Source of the DNA: a virus
IMG/VR virus record: IMGVR_UViG_3300031965_000011
Location: 1-64,000 of that record
DNA: 64,000 nt
Reading direction: 5' to 3' (one strand)
The notes beneath the pieces are model-generated. The model ran no database searches, was not told the origin of the DNA, and saw nothing but the letters and a program-made list of their open reading frames with translations. A program made the translations under genes and the position numbers. Positions 52,042-59,984 of this stretch are shown here, piece after piece (within the stretch, counting starts at the first letter, position 1; each line of letters opens with the position of its first letter).

Positions 52042-53136
52042 TCAGACGCGCATCGGCATGACGACGTAGCGGTAGGAGTCATCGCCACCGCCCTCGCGGA
52101 ACTCAATCGCGGATTCGTGATCGGTGAACCGCATTTGGACATCAGCGCAACCAACCGCCCGTAGAAAGTCGTGGACGTAGGTGCTCTTGATCCCGAACAT
52201 GCCGGACGCCTCGCCCGAATACGTGACGGTCTCTTCGGCGTCGCCGCCGTTGTTGGCTGCCGACAATTTGAGATCGCCGTTGATCGCCATCTTGACCGCC
52301 TGCATGGCGTCGGCGAACTTCGTCACGCGGGCTAGTGAGGCCATCAGTTCTTCGCGTTTGATCTCAACCACGTGCGGGGCCTTGCTCGGCAGCACGCGCT
52401 CGTAGTCCGGGAAGTTCCCGGAGAGTTTGCGAGTGATCAGGGTGTAGCCGTTGGCTTCGATGACGACGTGATTGGTCTCGAATGCGATGGATGCCGATTC
52501 AGCCGAGCCGAACAGCCGGGCCGCGATATCGAGCGACGCTTTCGGGACGAGCGACTTGCCTTGCTCGTCGAAGGGCACGCCATTCTTAAACTTGGTTTGC
52601 GAGAGCCGATGGCCGTCCGTCGATGTGGCGATCAACAGCGCGCCCTTGAACTCGATCAGGGCCGCGATCAGGGTGTAGCGCGACTCCTCATTGGCGATAG
52701 CGAAGCCCACGCGGGATTGGATCTGTGAGAGCCAAGAGCCGGGGATCGTGTACCGCTTGACGTCCTTCTCGTTGAATCGCGGCCGCTCCGGGAAGTTTTC
52801 GACGGACATGCCGGGAAGGGCCGTGCGGGACTTGACGCACTTGACCGTCAGTTTCATCGCCGGGGTTGACTCAAGCGTCGCATCGGCGTGGGGCAGCAGA
52901 TTGAAGTAATCCGCCATGCGTTTGGCCGGGACGGTGATCGAGCCTTCTTTCTCGACGTTGCACGGGATCGACAGCGATATCCATCGCTCTAGATCGGAAG
53001 CGTCCAGGTAGAGCTTTCCGCCTTTCGCCTCCAGCTTCACGTTCGACAAAACGGGGATGGTCGATTTCTTCTCGACCGCAAGCACGGCGGTTGCCAGCGC
53101 TTGAGATAGGTCTTTGACGGGGATGGTGAGTTTCAT
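52042..53136 (-). CDS. dnaN: DNA polymerase III beta sliding clamp
   Basis: STIPVLSNVKLEAKGGKLYLDASDLE...ITVPAKRMADY...STDGHRLS and a length of about 364 aa. Confidence 0.8.
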   Translation of the reverse strand: MKLTIPVKDLSQALATAVLAVEKKSTIPVLSNVKLEAKGGKLYLDASDLERWISLSIPCNVEKEGSITVPAKRMADYFNLLPHADATLESTPAMKLTVKCVKSRTALPGMSVENFPERPRFNEKDVKRYTIPGSWLSQIQSRVGFAIANEESRYTLIAALIEFKGALLIATSTDGHRLSQTKFKNGVPFDEQGKSLVPKASLDIAARLFGSAESASIAFETNHVVIEANGYTLITRKLSGNFPDYERVLPSKAPHVVEIKREELMASLARVTKFADAMQAVKMAINGDLKLSAANNGGDAEETVTYSGEASGMFGIKSTYVHDFLRAVGCADVQMRFTDHESAIEFREGGGDDSYRYVVMPMRV

Positions 53137-53402
53137 GCGGCGTCCTGTCGGTCAAGATAGATGGATAATTGATGTCTAGCGCTGCTCAATCTTGAGTCGG
53201 CTTCGATTTCTCGGCAGACCACGCAGTCATCATTGCGAGTGCTGCCGTGTTCGCCGCACAATGGACGGCCATCGCCGCCCTCCATGATTTCTTTGTCGGC
53301 AAGTGCTTCCTCGGCCGAGATAACCCGAGCGGCGTGGATGTGCTCGCGGTTGCCAAATGAAGGCTTTCCCTGAAGAGTCTCTACTGCTTCTTCGTAGTTC
53401 AT
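53133..53402 (-). CDS. Small hypothetical protein
   Basis: 89-aa ORF coupled on both sides. Confidence 0.35.
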   Translation of the reverse strand: MNYEEAVETLQGKPSFGNREHIHAARVISAEEALADKEIMEGGDGRPLCGEHGSTRNDDCVVCREIEADSRLSSARHQLSIYLDRQDAA

Positions 53403-54658
53403 GCCGCCTCCGCTTCGTCCGGCTCTCCGGCGCGTCTGATTTTCAACTCGGTCCGTACGTTGGCGCGGCCCATCAAGTCCAGCGCTTCGCTCATGCCCTC
53501 GCGCTTCTTGGCTTTGGCGTAGGACTTCAGTTGCGAGGCGGACACCTTGAGCGACCCCAGGGGCACGTCGAACGTCTCAGCGACGCTCTGCGCGTCGGCA
53601 ACGGTGTACTCTCGCGATTGCTTCTCTTCGCGCACGGCCTCATAGCCGCCGCCCATCTCCAGCCGGCCGCCATGCTCGGCAAGCCAGGGGTTGAGCGCTT
53701 TGCGGCCTTGCGAGGCGATAGCCTCGGCGATAGCGACCTTGCGAGCCACTTCCAGGGCGTCGTCTTCGGTCTGGATCGGAGGCAAAAGCGGCGCCATGCT
53801 CAGCAGCTCTTGACGGGCTGGGCATGTCACGCGGCAGTAGTTGCACAGACCGGATTCGGTGTTGACCGTGAGCGCGTTTTTTGCGAGCGCCTTAACGGCT
53901 GTCTGTTTCGCGTCCTTGGCCTTGGCGATGATGCCCAGCTCGTCGAGCAGTTCCGTTTCGCCGGTTTCCGCGACTCTTTGTAGCCGCGATAATCGCTCGA
54001 CCTTTTCGACGATGTTCTCGCGCTGGCGGACGGCGGCGTGGATCATCGCTTGCATCCAGGGCAGGTCTGACCGCTGGTAGGTGCGCGATCGCTCGGCGCG
54101 CACGCGGGCGAACTCCCAGCGGAACTCGACAATCTCTGCTTCCGGGTAATGCGCCATGAGAAGCGCGGCGTATTGCACCGTCTCGTAGTCGTGGACGTTG
54201 TTCGTCGACCAGCCGGACTTGTAATCGGGGATCGTGAAGACGTTCGGCGATTCTTGCATGATCAGGTCGAGCGTGCCGCTGGCGTAGCCTGACCGCTCGC
54301 CGGGCGTTGATCCGGGCCGATGCTCCAGCGGTTGAAAGTCTTGATCGACCGACAGGAAAAGCTCGGTCGCCAGCACGGTCGATAAGTCGTAGGGAATCGC
54401 GTCGAAGCGAATCACGTCGACCACTTCCGGCTCTGCGTTGTTTTGCCTGAGCCACGCCTCAACCCATTCGCGGTCTTCGGCTTGATCGGTTTCCAGGAGA
54501 TGGTTAATGTATGCGCGGCGGTAGTCGTGGAACTCGGTTCCGGCGCGACGGAGGGCGCTATCAGATTGCGGCGCGTTTCCAATAATGTGTGCCGCATGGA
54601 ACGTCTCGCAGTGAAGCGTGCGTTCCAGCGACTTGGTCATTGTCGTCGGTTTGTTCAT
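53399..54658 (-). CDS. PD-(D/E)XK (RecB/Cas4-like) exonuclease
   Basis: GTLDLIMQ...FTIPDYKSG nuclease core and the C-terminal Cys cluster CNYCRVTCPARQ. Confidence 0.6.
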   Translation of the reverse strand: MNKPTTMTKSLERTLHCETFHAAHIIGNAPQSDSALRRAGTEFHDYRRAYINHLLETDQAEDREWVEAWLRQNNAEPEVVDVIRFDAIPYDLSTVLATELFLSVDQDFQPLEHRPGSTPGERSGYASGTLDLIMQESPNVFTIPDYKSGWSTNNVHDYETVQYAALLMAHYPEAEIVEFRWEFARVRAERSRTYQRSDLPWMQAMIHAAVRQRENIVEKVERLSRLQRVAETGETELLDELGIIAKAKDAKQTAVKALAKNALTVNTESGLCNYCRVTCPARQELLSMAPLLPPIQTEDDALEVARKVAIAEAIASQGRKALNPWLAEHGGRLEMGGGYEAVREEKQSREYTVADAQSVAETFDVPLGSLKVSASQLKSYAKAKKREGMSEALDLMGRANVRTELKIRRAGEPDEAEAA

Positions 54659-54677
54659 CAGCTACCGAATCTCCTTT

Positions 54678-54751
54678 CGTCAATTGACGCCTCGCCTAGC
54701 CTTGCCGGGCCCCGCCCGGCCCCGCCTCGCCTAGCCCGGCCCAGCCTTGCC
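54678..54751. repeat. 12-bp perfect palindrome CGTCAATTGACG abutting 13 in-phase NNGCC pentamers
   Basis: Pentamers run 54687-54751 with GCC at every fifth position, with no phase break. Confidence 0.9.
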
Positions 54752-55429
54752 CGGCAATACTGAATCAAGTTTTTCCAACACGAAACGCCCGTGCGGTCCT
54801 GGCGATTTCTTGGAACTGGGCCTCCAGTCGCCGATGCCCTTGTACTGCCCAGAGAACGAAATTATGTCCCGCAAGGCGCCTTCTGTTAGTTGCTCATCCC
54901 AAACTGCGAGACGAAACGCCATCGCCCATTGTGGAAACATCGGACGGACGCGGATATGCTTGGAAGAGCCAACCGCGGCGCGCTTGATCTTTAGCTCGAA
55001 GCCCAATTCCTCAAGGGCATGCTTGTGTGTCAGCAGGGATGGTTCGTTCTCAAGCGCTGAAATTCGCTTCCAGTGGATCTTCTTGCCGTTGACCAACACA
55101 GGGACCAGCGAGCCGGCTAGCGCCATGCCGGATTGCGTTTGGCTCTTGAACGTCTTGCCGTTCTTTCCGCCGGGAACCGGAACCATCGCGCCGCCCTCCA
55201 TGAAGCACTTTTGGAAGTTGTCGGTTTCGATGCCGATAAACTCTCCGTCGTGATAGAAGCAACCGATGTAGCGCCACGCAGGGGTTCGGTCGTCGCCAGC
55301 CCGGCTTTTTCGCTTATTCGCCGGGTCGTCCTTCCAGGCGTCCATTTGGTCCGCCCATTCGATATCGTCGCGATGGAGAATCAGCGGGCTTGATCCGCGT
55401 ACTGTTACTTCATAGGTCCTGATGTCCAA
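54731..55429 (-). CDS. Hypothetical protein of the recombination module
   Basis: 232-aa ORF, TTG start after GGGAG. Its last codons run into the pentamer tract. Confidence 0.45.
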   Translation of the reverse strand: MDIRTYEVTVRGSSPLILHRDDIEWADQMDAWKDDPANKRKSRAGDDRTPAWRYIGCFYHDGEFIGIETDNFQKCFMEGGAMVPVPGGKNGKTFKSQTQSGMALAGSLVPVLVNGKKIHWKRISALENEPSLLTHKHALEELGFELKIKRAAVGSSKHIRVRPMFPQWAMAFRLAVWDEQLTEGALRDIISFSGQYKGIGDWRPSSKKSPGPHGRFVLEKLDSVLPGKAGPG

Positions 55430-55443
55430 TTCGTTTCTCCCTT

Positions 55444-55512
55444 AGTCAATTGACTCCTTGCCTCGCCACGCCCAGCCTTGCCCAGCCTGGCCGCGCCCTG
55501 CCCAGCCCGGCC
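55444..55512. repeat. 12-bp perfect palindrome AGTCAATTGACT followed by 11 in-phase NNGCC pentamers
   Basis: Pentamers run 55458-55512. Same architecture as 54678-54751. Confidence 0.9.
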
Positions 55513-55520
55513 GCAATCAG

Positions 55521-55667
55521 TCAGTACGGCACCTTGGCGTACTCCAGCGCGAAAGCCACGACCGTCGATAGCGGGATCGCTCCGACGCGCCCGACGTGCC
55601 GCTCGTAAAATTCGCCGGGACAGCGGACATACCAGTGCTTGGCGCGAATGCGGATGCGCGGTTTCAT
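55521..55667 (-). CDS. Small ORF (48 aa, below the track threshold)
   Basis: Hand translation MKPRIRIRAKHWYVRCPGEFYERHVGRVGAIPLSTVVAFALEYAKVPY. ATGA coupling to the upstream gene. Confidence 0.3.
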   Translation of the reverse strand: MKPRIRIRAKHWYVRCPGEFYERHVGRVGAIPLSTVVAFALEYAKVPY

Positions 55668-56293
55668 TTCGCCCCCGTAACGGCCTCAGCGATGAGCTCG
55701 CTCAGCGTGTCCGACTTCTCGAACCAACGCGGATTGGCGACGAGCTTGAGCTTGGAGGGGGTGAGTCCCATCGTGCGCCAGCCGGCCATACGGAAGACGA
55801 AGCCGGGCACGCGGGCTCTTGTGGTTGCCGGGTCGATCAGCGTGAACAGAGGCTTATCGGGGAAGGCTCGCCAGGTGAACCCCATCGCTTGACGGATCAG
55901 CTCGCTTGAGAGAAATCCGCTGTCATTGCGGAAGACCACCTGTGCGACCTTGCCGCGGTCGATGGCCACGAACACGGCGCTGTCGTCTTCCGGCGCGAGG
56001 ATGATGGCCGGGTGTTTCGGCGGTAGCGATTTGCCGGGCCTCTCCAGTTGATAGAGGGATAGCATGCGGTCGGAGATCGGAGGACGCCCGGCGCGGGGAA
56101 TCCAGAAGTTGTCCGGCGGCAACGGCTTGTCGGGGATTGCGGAGCGGATGGACCGGAACGTAGCAACGGCTTTCTCTGCTCGCTCTACGAGCGCACGCGC
56201 TACCCACGTGCCGTTAACGGGCTGGGGTAGTGCGCGAAGTCGATCAACCTCGCTAGATAGGCTGTGTTCGATGAAATCCAGAGTTTCTTTCAT
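55664..56293 (-). CDS. Hypothetical protein
   Basis: The track ORF 55664..56731 is trimmed to ATG 56293 (MKETLDF...), which is ATGA-coupled to 56290..56685. Confidence 0.45.
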   Translation of the reverse strand: MKETLDFIEHSLSSEVDRLRALPQPVNGTWVARALVERAEKAVATFRSIRSAIPDKPLPPDNFWIPRAGRPPISDRMLSLYQLERPGKSLPPKHPAIILAPEDDSAVFVAIDRGKVAQVVFRNDSGFLSSELIRQAMGFTWRAFPDKPLFTLIDPATTRARVPGFVFRMAGWRTMGLTPSKLKLVANPRWFEKSDTLSELIAEAVTGAK

Positions 56294-56685
56294 CGCAATC
56301 CCTCCAGCGCGTAGATCGCAGCCAGCGCGGCGATGCAAAACAAGACCGTGGCCTTGATGTCGCCAATCAGGCCGGAGCGCATGACGTTGTCGCCAAGCCC
56401 TTCGGTCCGTGCCCGCTCTTCGGACTCTTTGCAGGCCTCGGCATAGCCCTTCTCGGCCGCCAGATAGGCGCGGTAGAATCCGTAGCGACGCGCGGCGCGG
56501 CGGAATAGGTAGCGGCGAAGATTCAGGCGCATGGAGCGCTTGACCGCGTCGTTGGCCTCGATGGTCGGATCCAGTGCGTTTTCGTCGCCGACCAGCACTT
56601 CGCGACCATTCAGAATGTTGCTCGGCTCCCAGGCCATGCTCATATAACCCCCAGAGCGGACAGTAGGCAGGTCCGCAGACTGCAT
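56290..56685 (-). CDS. Hypothetical protein with a C-terminal hydrophobic helix
   Basis: ORF with ...VLFCIAALAAIYAL. The start may instead be the internal ATG near 56643. Confidence 0.35.
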   Translation of the reverse strand: MQSADLPTVRSGGYMSMAWEPSNILNGREVLVGDENALDPTIEANDAVKRSMRLNLRRYLFRRAARRYGFYRAYLAAEKGYAEACKESEERARTEGLGDNVMRSGLIGDIKATVLFCIAALAAIYALEGLR

Positions 56686-56852
56686 CGTCCAAGAATGTCA
56701 GCGGCGTCTCTACGCGCTCGCCATTGCTCATAGGCGCAATCGCTGGCGGGCGTCACGGCGCGGTTGATCTTGTTGCGCAGCTCGGGCGGCACCCGCAGCA
56801 GAACGCGCTCGAAATCGTCGATCGCGGTTTCGTACTTCTTGAAAATCCTCAC
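56640..56852 (-). CDS. Small hypothetical protein
   Basis: 70-aa ORF in the operon. Confidence 0.35.
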   Translation of the reverse strand: MRIFKKYETAIDDFERVLLRVPPELRNKINRAVTPASDCAYEQWRARRDAADILGRCSLRTCLLSALGVI

Positions 56853-57109
56853 AGCGACTCCAGTTGGGCGGCTTCGTTGACAGCCAAGCCGGCAGCGAAT
56901 CCGATAGTCAAAAAGTGAATGGCGATGAATGTCGCCAGCTCGTCGGGATCTCGCCCGGCGCAGCGGGCCCGGATGTCGTCAAGATGCGGCATGGCGTCGC
57001 TTGCGGCGAAGGCCACGACGGCACTGACGTCCAGCGGTCGGTAGCGTAGGTCGCTGACCGCGGCGTCCACGGCGGCGACTTGTTGCGCATGTTGTGCGAC
57101 GTGGTTCAC
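56849..57109 (-). CDS. Small hypothetical protein
   Basis: 86-aa ORF in the operon. Confidence 0.35.
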   Translation of the reverse strand: MNHVAQHAQQVAAVDAAVSDLRYRPLDVSAVVAFAASDAMPHLDDIRARCAGRDPDELATFIAIHFLTIGFAAGLAVNEAAQLESL

Positions 57110-57261
57110 ACGGCCTCCGTGAACTCTGCTGCGAAGCAGGACGCGTTGATTCGATAAGCGCCTTGAAAGACTAGGCCGTCCTTGGCGCAGCGGTGCAGAA
57201 TGTCCGCTAGGACCTCTAGTGCGGACTTCCCGCCTGATGGGCTGGCTAGGTAGGTGATCAT
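57106..57261 (-). CDS. Small ORF (51 aa, below the track threshold)
   Basis: Hand translation MITYLASPSGGKSALEVLADILHRCAKDGLVFQGAYRINASCFAAEFTEAV. ATGA coupling to the recT stop and GTGA coupling downstream. Confidence 0.3.
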   Translation of the reverse strand: MITYLASPSGGKSALEVLADILHRCAKDGLVFQGAYRINASCFAAEFTEAV

Positions 57262-58301
57262 GCTACGGGCTCCTTTTGCGCGCCGTTGAACTCTTCCGCG
57301 GCGGCAATGATCTGTTCTTTCGATAGGCCTTTACCCGCGCCTTTCAAGGCCCACTGGCCGAACTGAGCGGGGTTGTGGACTTTGTGCTCTTGCTTGAGCC
57401 ATGCGGTGATGGCCAGTTTTTCGTCGTCGGCAAAGTCGGCGAGCAGCAGCGGCTTGGCGGCGGGAATCGTTACGCGCTCTTCCAACGGCTCGATATCGAT
57501 GATTTCGTCCGGGTGAACCTCATCGACGGCCATTGCGCGAGACAGCGCGGGCGTCTGCCGGATGGACGGCGCCAACACACGCACGGCCGTCTTGGCGTAC
57601 ATGCGGGCCGTGTCGCTGTTCCACGGGCTCTTTTTGTTAGTGGACGAAGCCGAGCGGCCCCGGTGGTTCTTTTCAATCTGCCAAGCAGGAACGAACTCGA
57701 CGGCGGTGACCAACTCGGGTCGCTTGGCGTCCGTCGCGAAAGCGTACGCGCCGCCCAGTTTCTCGTCGGAGAAATCCCGGCGCGGATCGCGCTTGTGCCG
57801 GAAGATGATTTCATTGGCGCGGTAGTACTCGAAGCCGTAGGGCTCGCCGCCGTCCAATTCGCAGTCATAGACAGCGCTGCCGGCGATCTGCCCGTAGAAG
57901 CCCGACCGCATGGCCAGCTCGACGTAGCCTTTGTAGCCGACGACGATCTGCGGACGCTTGCGGCGGTTCTGAGCGTTGCCTTCAGCGAACGGCAGAATGA
58001 ATACTTGACCGAGCGACGGCTCTGGATCGAGCGACAGCGAAGCCACGCGCATGATCGCGGAGCCCATGTCGGCAACGGTGACGCCCTTGATGTGGACCTG
58101 CTGGCCGTTCCAGACTTGCGTCTCTGAGCCGAAGTCGCCGCCCTTGGCGATGGATATGGCGATGGCCATGAAGCGCCCGGCGTCCACTGGTGAGCGCTTG
58201 AGCATGTCGGCGATGCGGTCACCGGCGCGCTCCATCATCTTTTGGAGGTTGTCGGCTTCCGGGGTTACGACCTCTAGGCCGTTGGGGTTGGTCGCCATCA
58301 C
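57258..58301 (-). CDS. recT: RecT-family single-strand annealing recombinase
   Basis: VFILPFAEG...PQIVVGYKGYVELAMRSGFYGQIAGSAVYDCE is the typical RecT core. Confidence 0.8.
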   Translation of the reverse strand: MMATNPNGLEVVTPEADNLQKMMERAGDRIADMLKRSPVDAGRFMAIAISIAKGGDFGSETQVWNGQQVHIKGVTVADMGSAIMRVASLSLDPEPSLGQVFILPFAEGNAQNRRKRPQIVVGYKGYVELAMRSGFYGQIAGSAVYDCELDGGEPYGFEYYRANEIIFRHKRDPRRDFSDEKLGGAYAFATDAKRPELVTAVEFVPAWQIEKNHRGRSASSTNKKSPWNSDTARMYAKTAVRVLAPSIRQTPALSRAMAVDEVHPDEIIDIEPLEERVTIPAAKPLLLADFADDEKLAITAWLKQEHKVHNPAQFGQWALKGAGKGLSKEQIIAAAEEFNGAQKEPVA

Positions 58302-58798
58302 AGCACCCCCTCGCGGTAGGCGCGGCCGTAGGCCTCGGTGACCGCTGCGATGTGCCGCTCAAACGGCGTGCGGGCCGGACGGATAGACGGAATCGTGCCC
58401 GCCACGTAAACGCCCGTGCCGTCGCAGGCGACACAGGCATCGTCGGTCACCGCGTACTCCCCGTAGCGAGCCAGGCCGTCGCCGCGGCAGACCGCGCAAA
58501 CGCTCTGCGGCGCGGGCAGCTTGGGGAATCGCAACGGTTCTTCCGGATCGCCGGTCGTCTCGACGTGGTTGGCGTGAAGACAGTAGGGGCAGATCTGCCA
58601 TTCGGAGCGATCGCGAATCACCATCGTTGTGCAGTGGAATCCGTCGCGGCCGGCCATGACGTTGTGCCGCGGAATCCAGGACTCGCCGTCCCAATCCAGA
58701 TCAACTTCCCAGTAGCGCTCGCAGGTCTCGCATTCGATCTGCTGCTCAGACCCGCCGTTGAACGTGTCGTAGCTGTTGGCGTAGATGGCTAGGGTCAT
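58298..58798 (-). CDS. Cys-rich protein with two DnaJ-type CxxCxGxG zinc-finger motifs
   Basis: CAVCRGDG and CVACDGTG, plus additional CxxC pairs (CETC, CPYC). Confidence 0.45.
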   Translation of the reverse strand: MTLAIYANSYDTFNGGSEQQIECETCERYWEVDLDWDGESWIPRHNVMAGRDGFHCTTMVIRDRSEWQICPYCLHANHVETTGDPEEPLRFPKLPAPQSVCAVCRGDGLARYGEYAVTDDACVACDGTGVYVAGTIPSIRPARTPFERHIAAVTEAYGRAYREGVL

Positions 58799-59178
58799 TG
58801 GTCACCGCCTAACCAACGCCGGGTTTCATCGCTGATCGGCCAGGCTCTCTCGTTCAGTGCGCCGCTTCCGATTTCCTCGCCGCACTCGTTGCAGTAGACA
58901 GCGATTCGGCCAGTGCTTGGATCGACAACCATGTCGAGACAGCCGCCGTCTTCGCAGTTGCTCACGGCGGTAGTTGAGTAGTGGAGTAATGGCTCGCCTA
59001 GCGCCGCCCGTTGCGTGAGCATCTCCAGTAGTAGGGCTTTGGGGATATCGCAGACCGTCCGATTCCCAATCGAAAGATCTATGGACCGCACTTCGGCTCG
59101 GTCGCCGTACTTTCTGAACTCGTCGACTATCGACTGCTCTGCCGATAGGATGGCGGCGCGGATTTCTTGTGTGGTCAT
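58795..59178 (-). CDS. Hypothetical protein
   Basis: 127-aa ORF, coupled. Confidence 0.35.
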   Translation of the reverse strand: MTTQEIRAAILSAEQSIVDEFRKYGDRAEVRSIDLSIGNRTVCDIPKALLLEMLTQRAALGEPLLHYSTTAVSNCEDGGCLDMVVDPSTGRIAVYCNECGEEIGSGALNERAWPISDETRRWLGGDQ

Positions 59179-59654
59179 GACGCCCTCCGCAGCGCGACGG
59201 TCAGGCCGTGCGCGGCTTCATCGCGGAGGCGGCATAGCCGGGCGATTTCAGCGTCGATGCGCTCAACCGAACAGCGGCCGAGTTCTTCCAGGCTGTCGTC
59301 GATCAGCGCATGGCCCATGATGCCGGCCCAAGCCGTTGCCTTGACGAGGCCGATCTCGTAGCGCATGTCGTGGGGGTTGTCGCCTACCCAGTGGTCGATC
59401 TGATGGCGAGGGACCTCTACCTTCAGCCGCCGGCTTAGCAGGTCTGCAACTTCATCGCGGGACTTGCTGGAGGCCTTGAGGTCGGCGCGCATCGTCGCCT
59501 TGACCTCGATGAGTTGCTGGCGGTAGGTCTTGATGGGGAATCTTTGTTGCCCGTTCCCCAAAAGAGAAGGGCAAGATGATTCTCGTGAAGCGGTCGATGT
59601 TAGCGAACGAACGGGACCTATCCGGGCGGGCGTTCGTTGTTCGTGAGTGGTCAT
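59175..59654 (-). CDS. Early-operon protein (second gene after the Cro-like gene)
   Basis: AGGAGG sits 7 nt upstream of ATG 59654. No confident motif. Confidence 0.4.
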   Translation of the reverse strand: MTTHEQRTPARIGPVRSLTSTASRESSCPSLLGNGQQRFPIKTYRQQLIEVKATMRADLKASSKSRDEVADLLSRRLKVEVPRHQIDHWVGDNPHDMRYEIGLVKATAWAGIMGHALIDDSLEELGRCSVERIDAEIARLCRLRDEAAHGLTVALRRAS

Positions 59655-59664
59655 GGTGTTCCTC

Positions 59665-59853
59665 CTATTCGTTGGCCGCCAGCTCTGCGGCTAGCTCGGC
59701 AATCACTTCTTTCCAGGCGGCCTCGACAACGGCCGAAGATCTCGCTCCGTGCAGGACCTTCGAACACATGCCCAGCGAGCGCCCGGACTTCTCGGCAACC
59801 CGCGAAACAAGGCGGTATTTGCGTGAGAAGCTTGACCGCGACCTGAACGGCAT
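59665..59853 (-). CDS. Cro-like small HTH protein
   Basis: 62 aa from ATG 59853. ...RLVSRVAEKSGRSLGMCSKVLHG looks like an HTH. Divergent from the cI-like gene. Confidence 0.4.
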   Translation of the reverse strand: MPFRSRSSFSRKYRLVSRVAEKSGRSLGMCSKVLHGARSSAVVEAAWKEVIAELAAELAANE

Positions 59854-59894
59854 GTGGCGAAGAGACTCAAGAGTGATATCCTTGCTTGGCAATG

Positions 59895-59960
59895 TTGACC
59901 ACCTGGGTACACGGACAGTATGCATAGTGCGTATGTGTTTTGTCAACACCAAAACGCACT
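59895..59960. promoter_or_regulatory. Divergent immunity-region control segment: leftward promoter and inverted repeat
   Basis: Leftward: -35 TTGACA (complement of 59941-59946), 18-nt spacer, -10 CATACT (complement of 59917-59922). Inverted repeat AGTGCGT (59926-59932) / ACGCACT (59954-59960) brackets the -35. A rightward TTGACC lies at 59895-59900. Confidence 0.4.
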
Positions 59961-59984
59961 CTGCGTAATTTTTTTGGAACAGCT

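Noticed and set aside
54695-54725. G-quadruplex on the minus strand of the pentamer tract
   Set aside because: Only three runs of 3 or more G occur close together (GGGG, GGG, GGGG). A fourth run is missing, and the second tract has none, so a G4 does not explain the shared architecture.
55664-56731. Single 355-aa gene
   Set aside because: The N-terminal 146 residues are Arg/Gly-rich and overlapped by the better-behaved ORFs 56290..56685 and 56640..56852 in other frames. An internal ATG at 56293 is ATGA-coupled to the upstream stop, so the gene was trimmed to 55664..56293.
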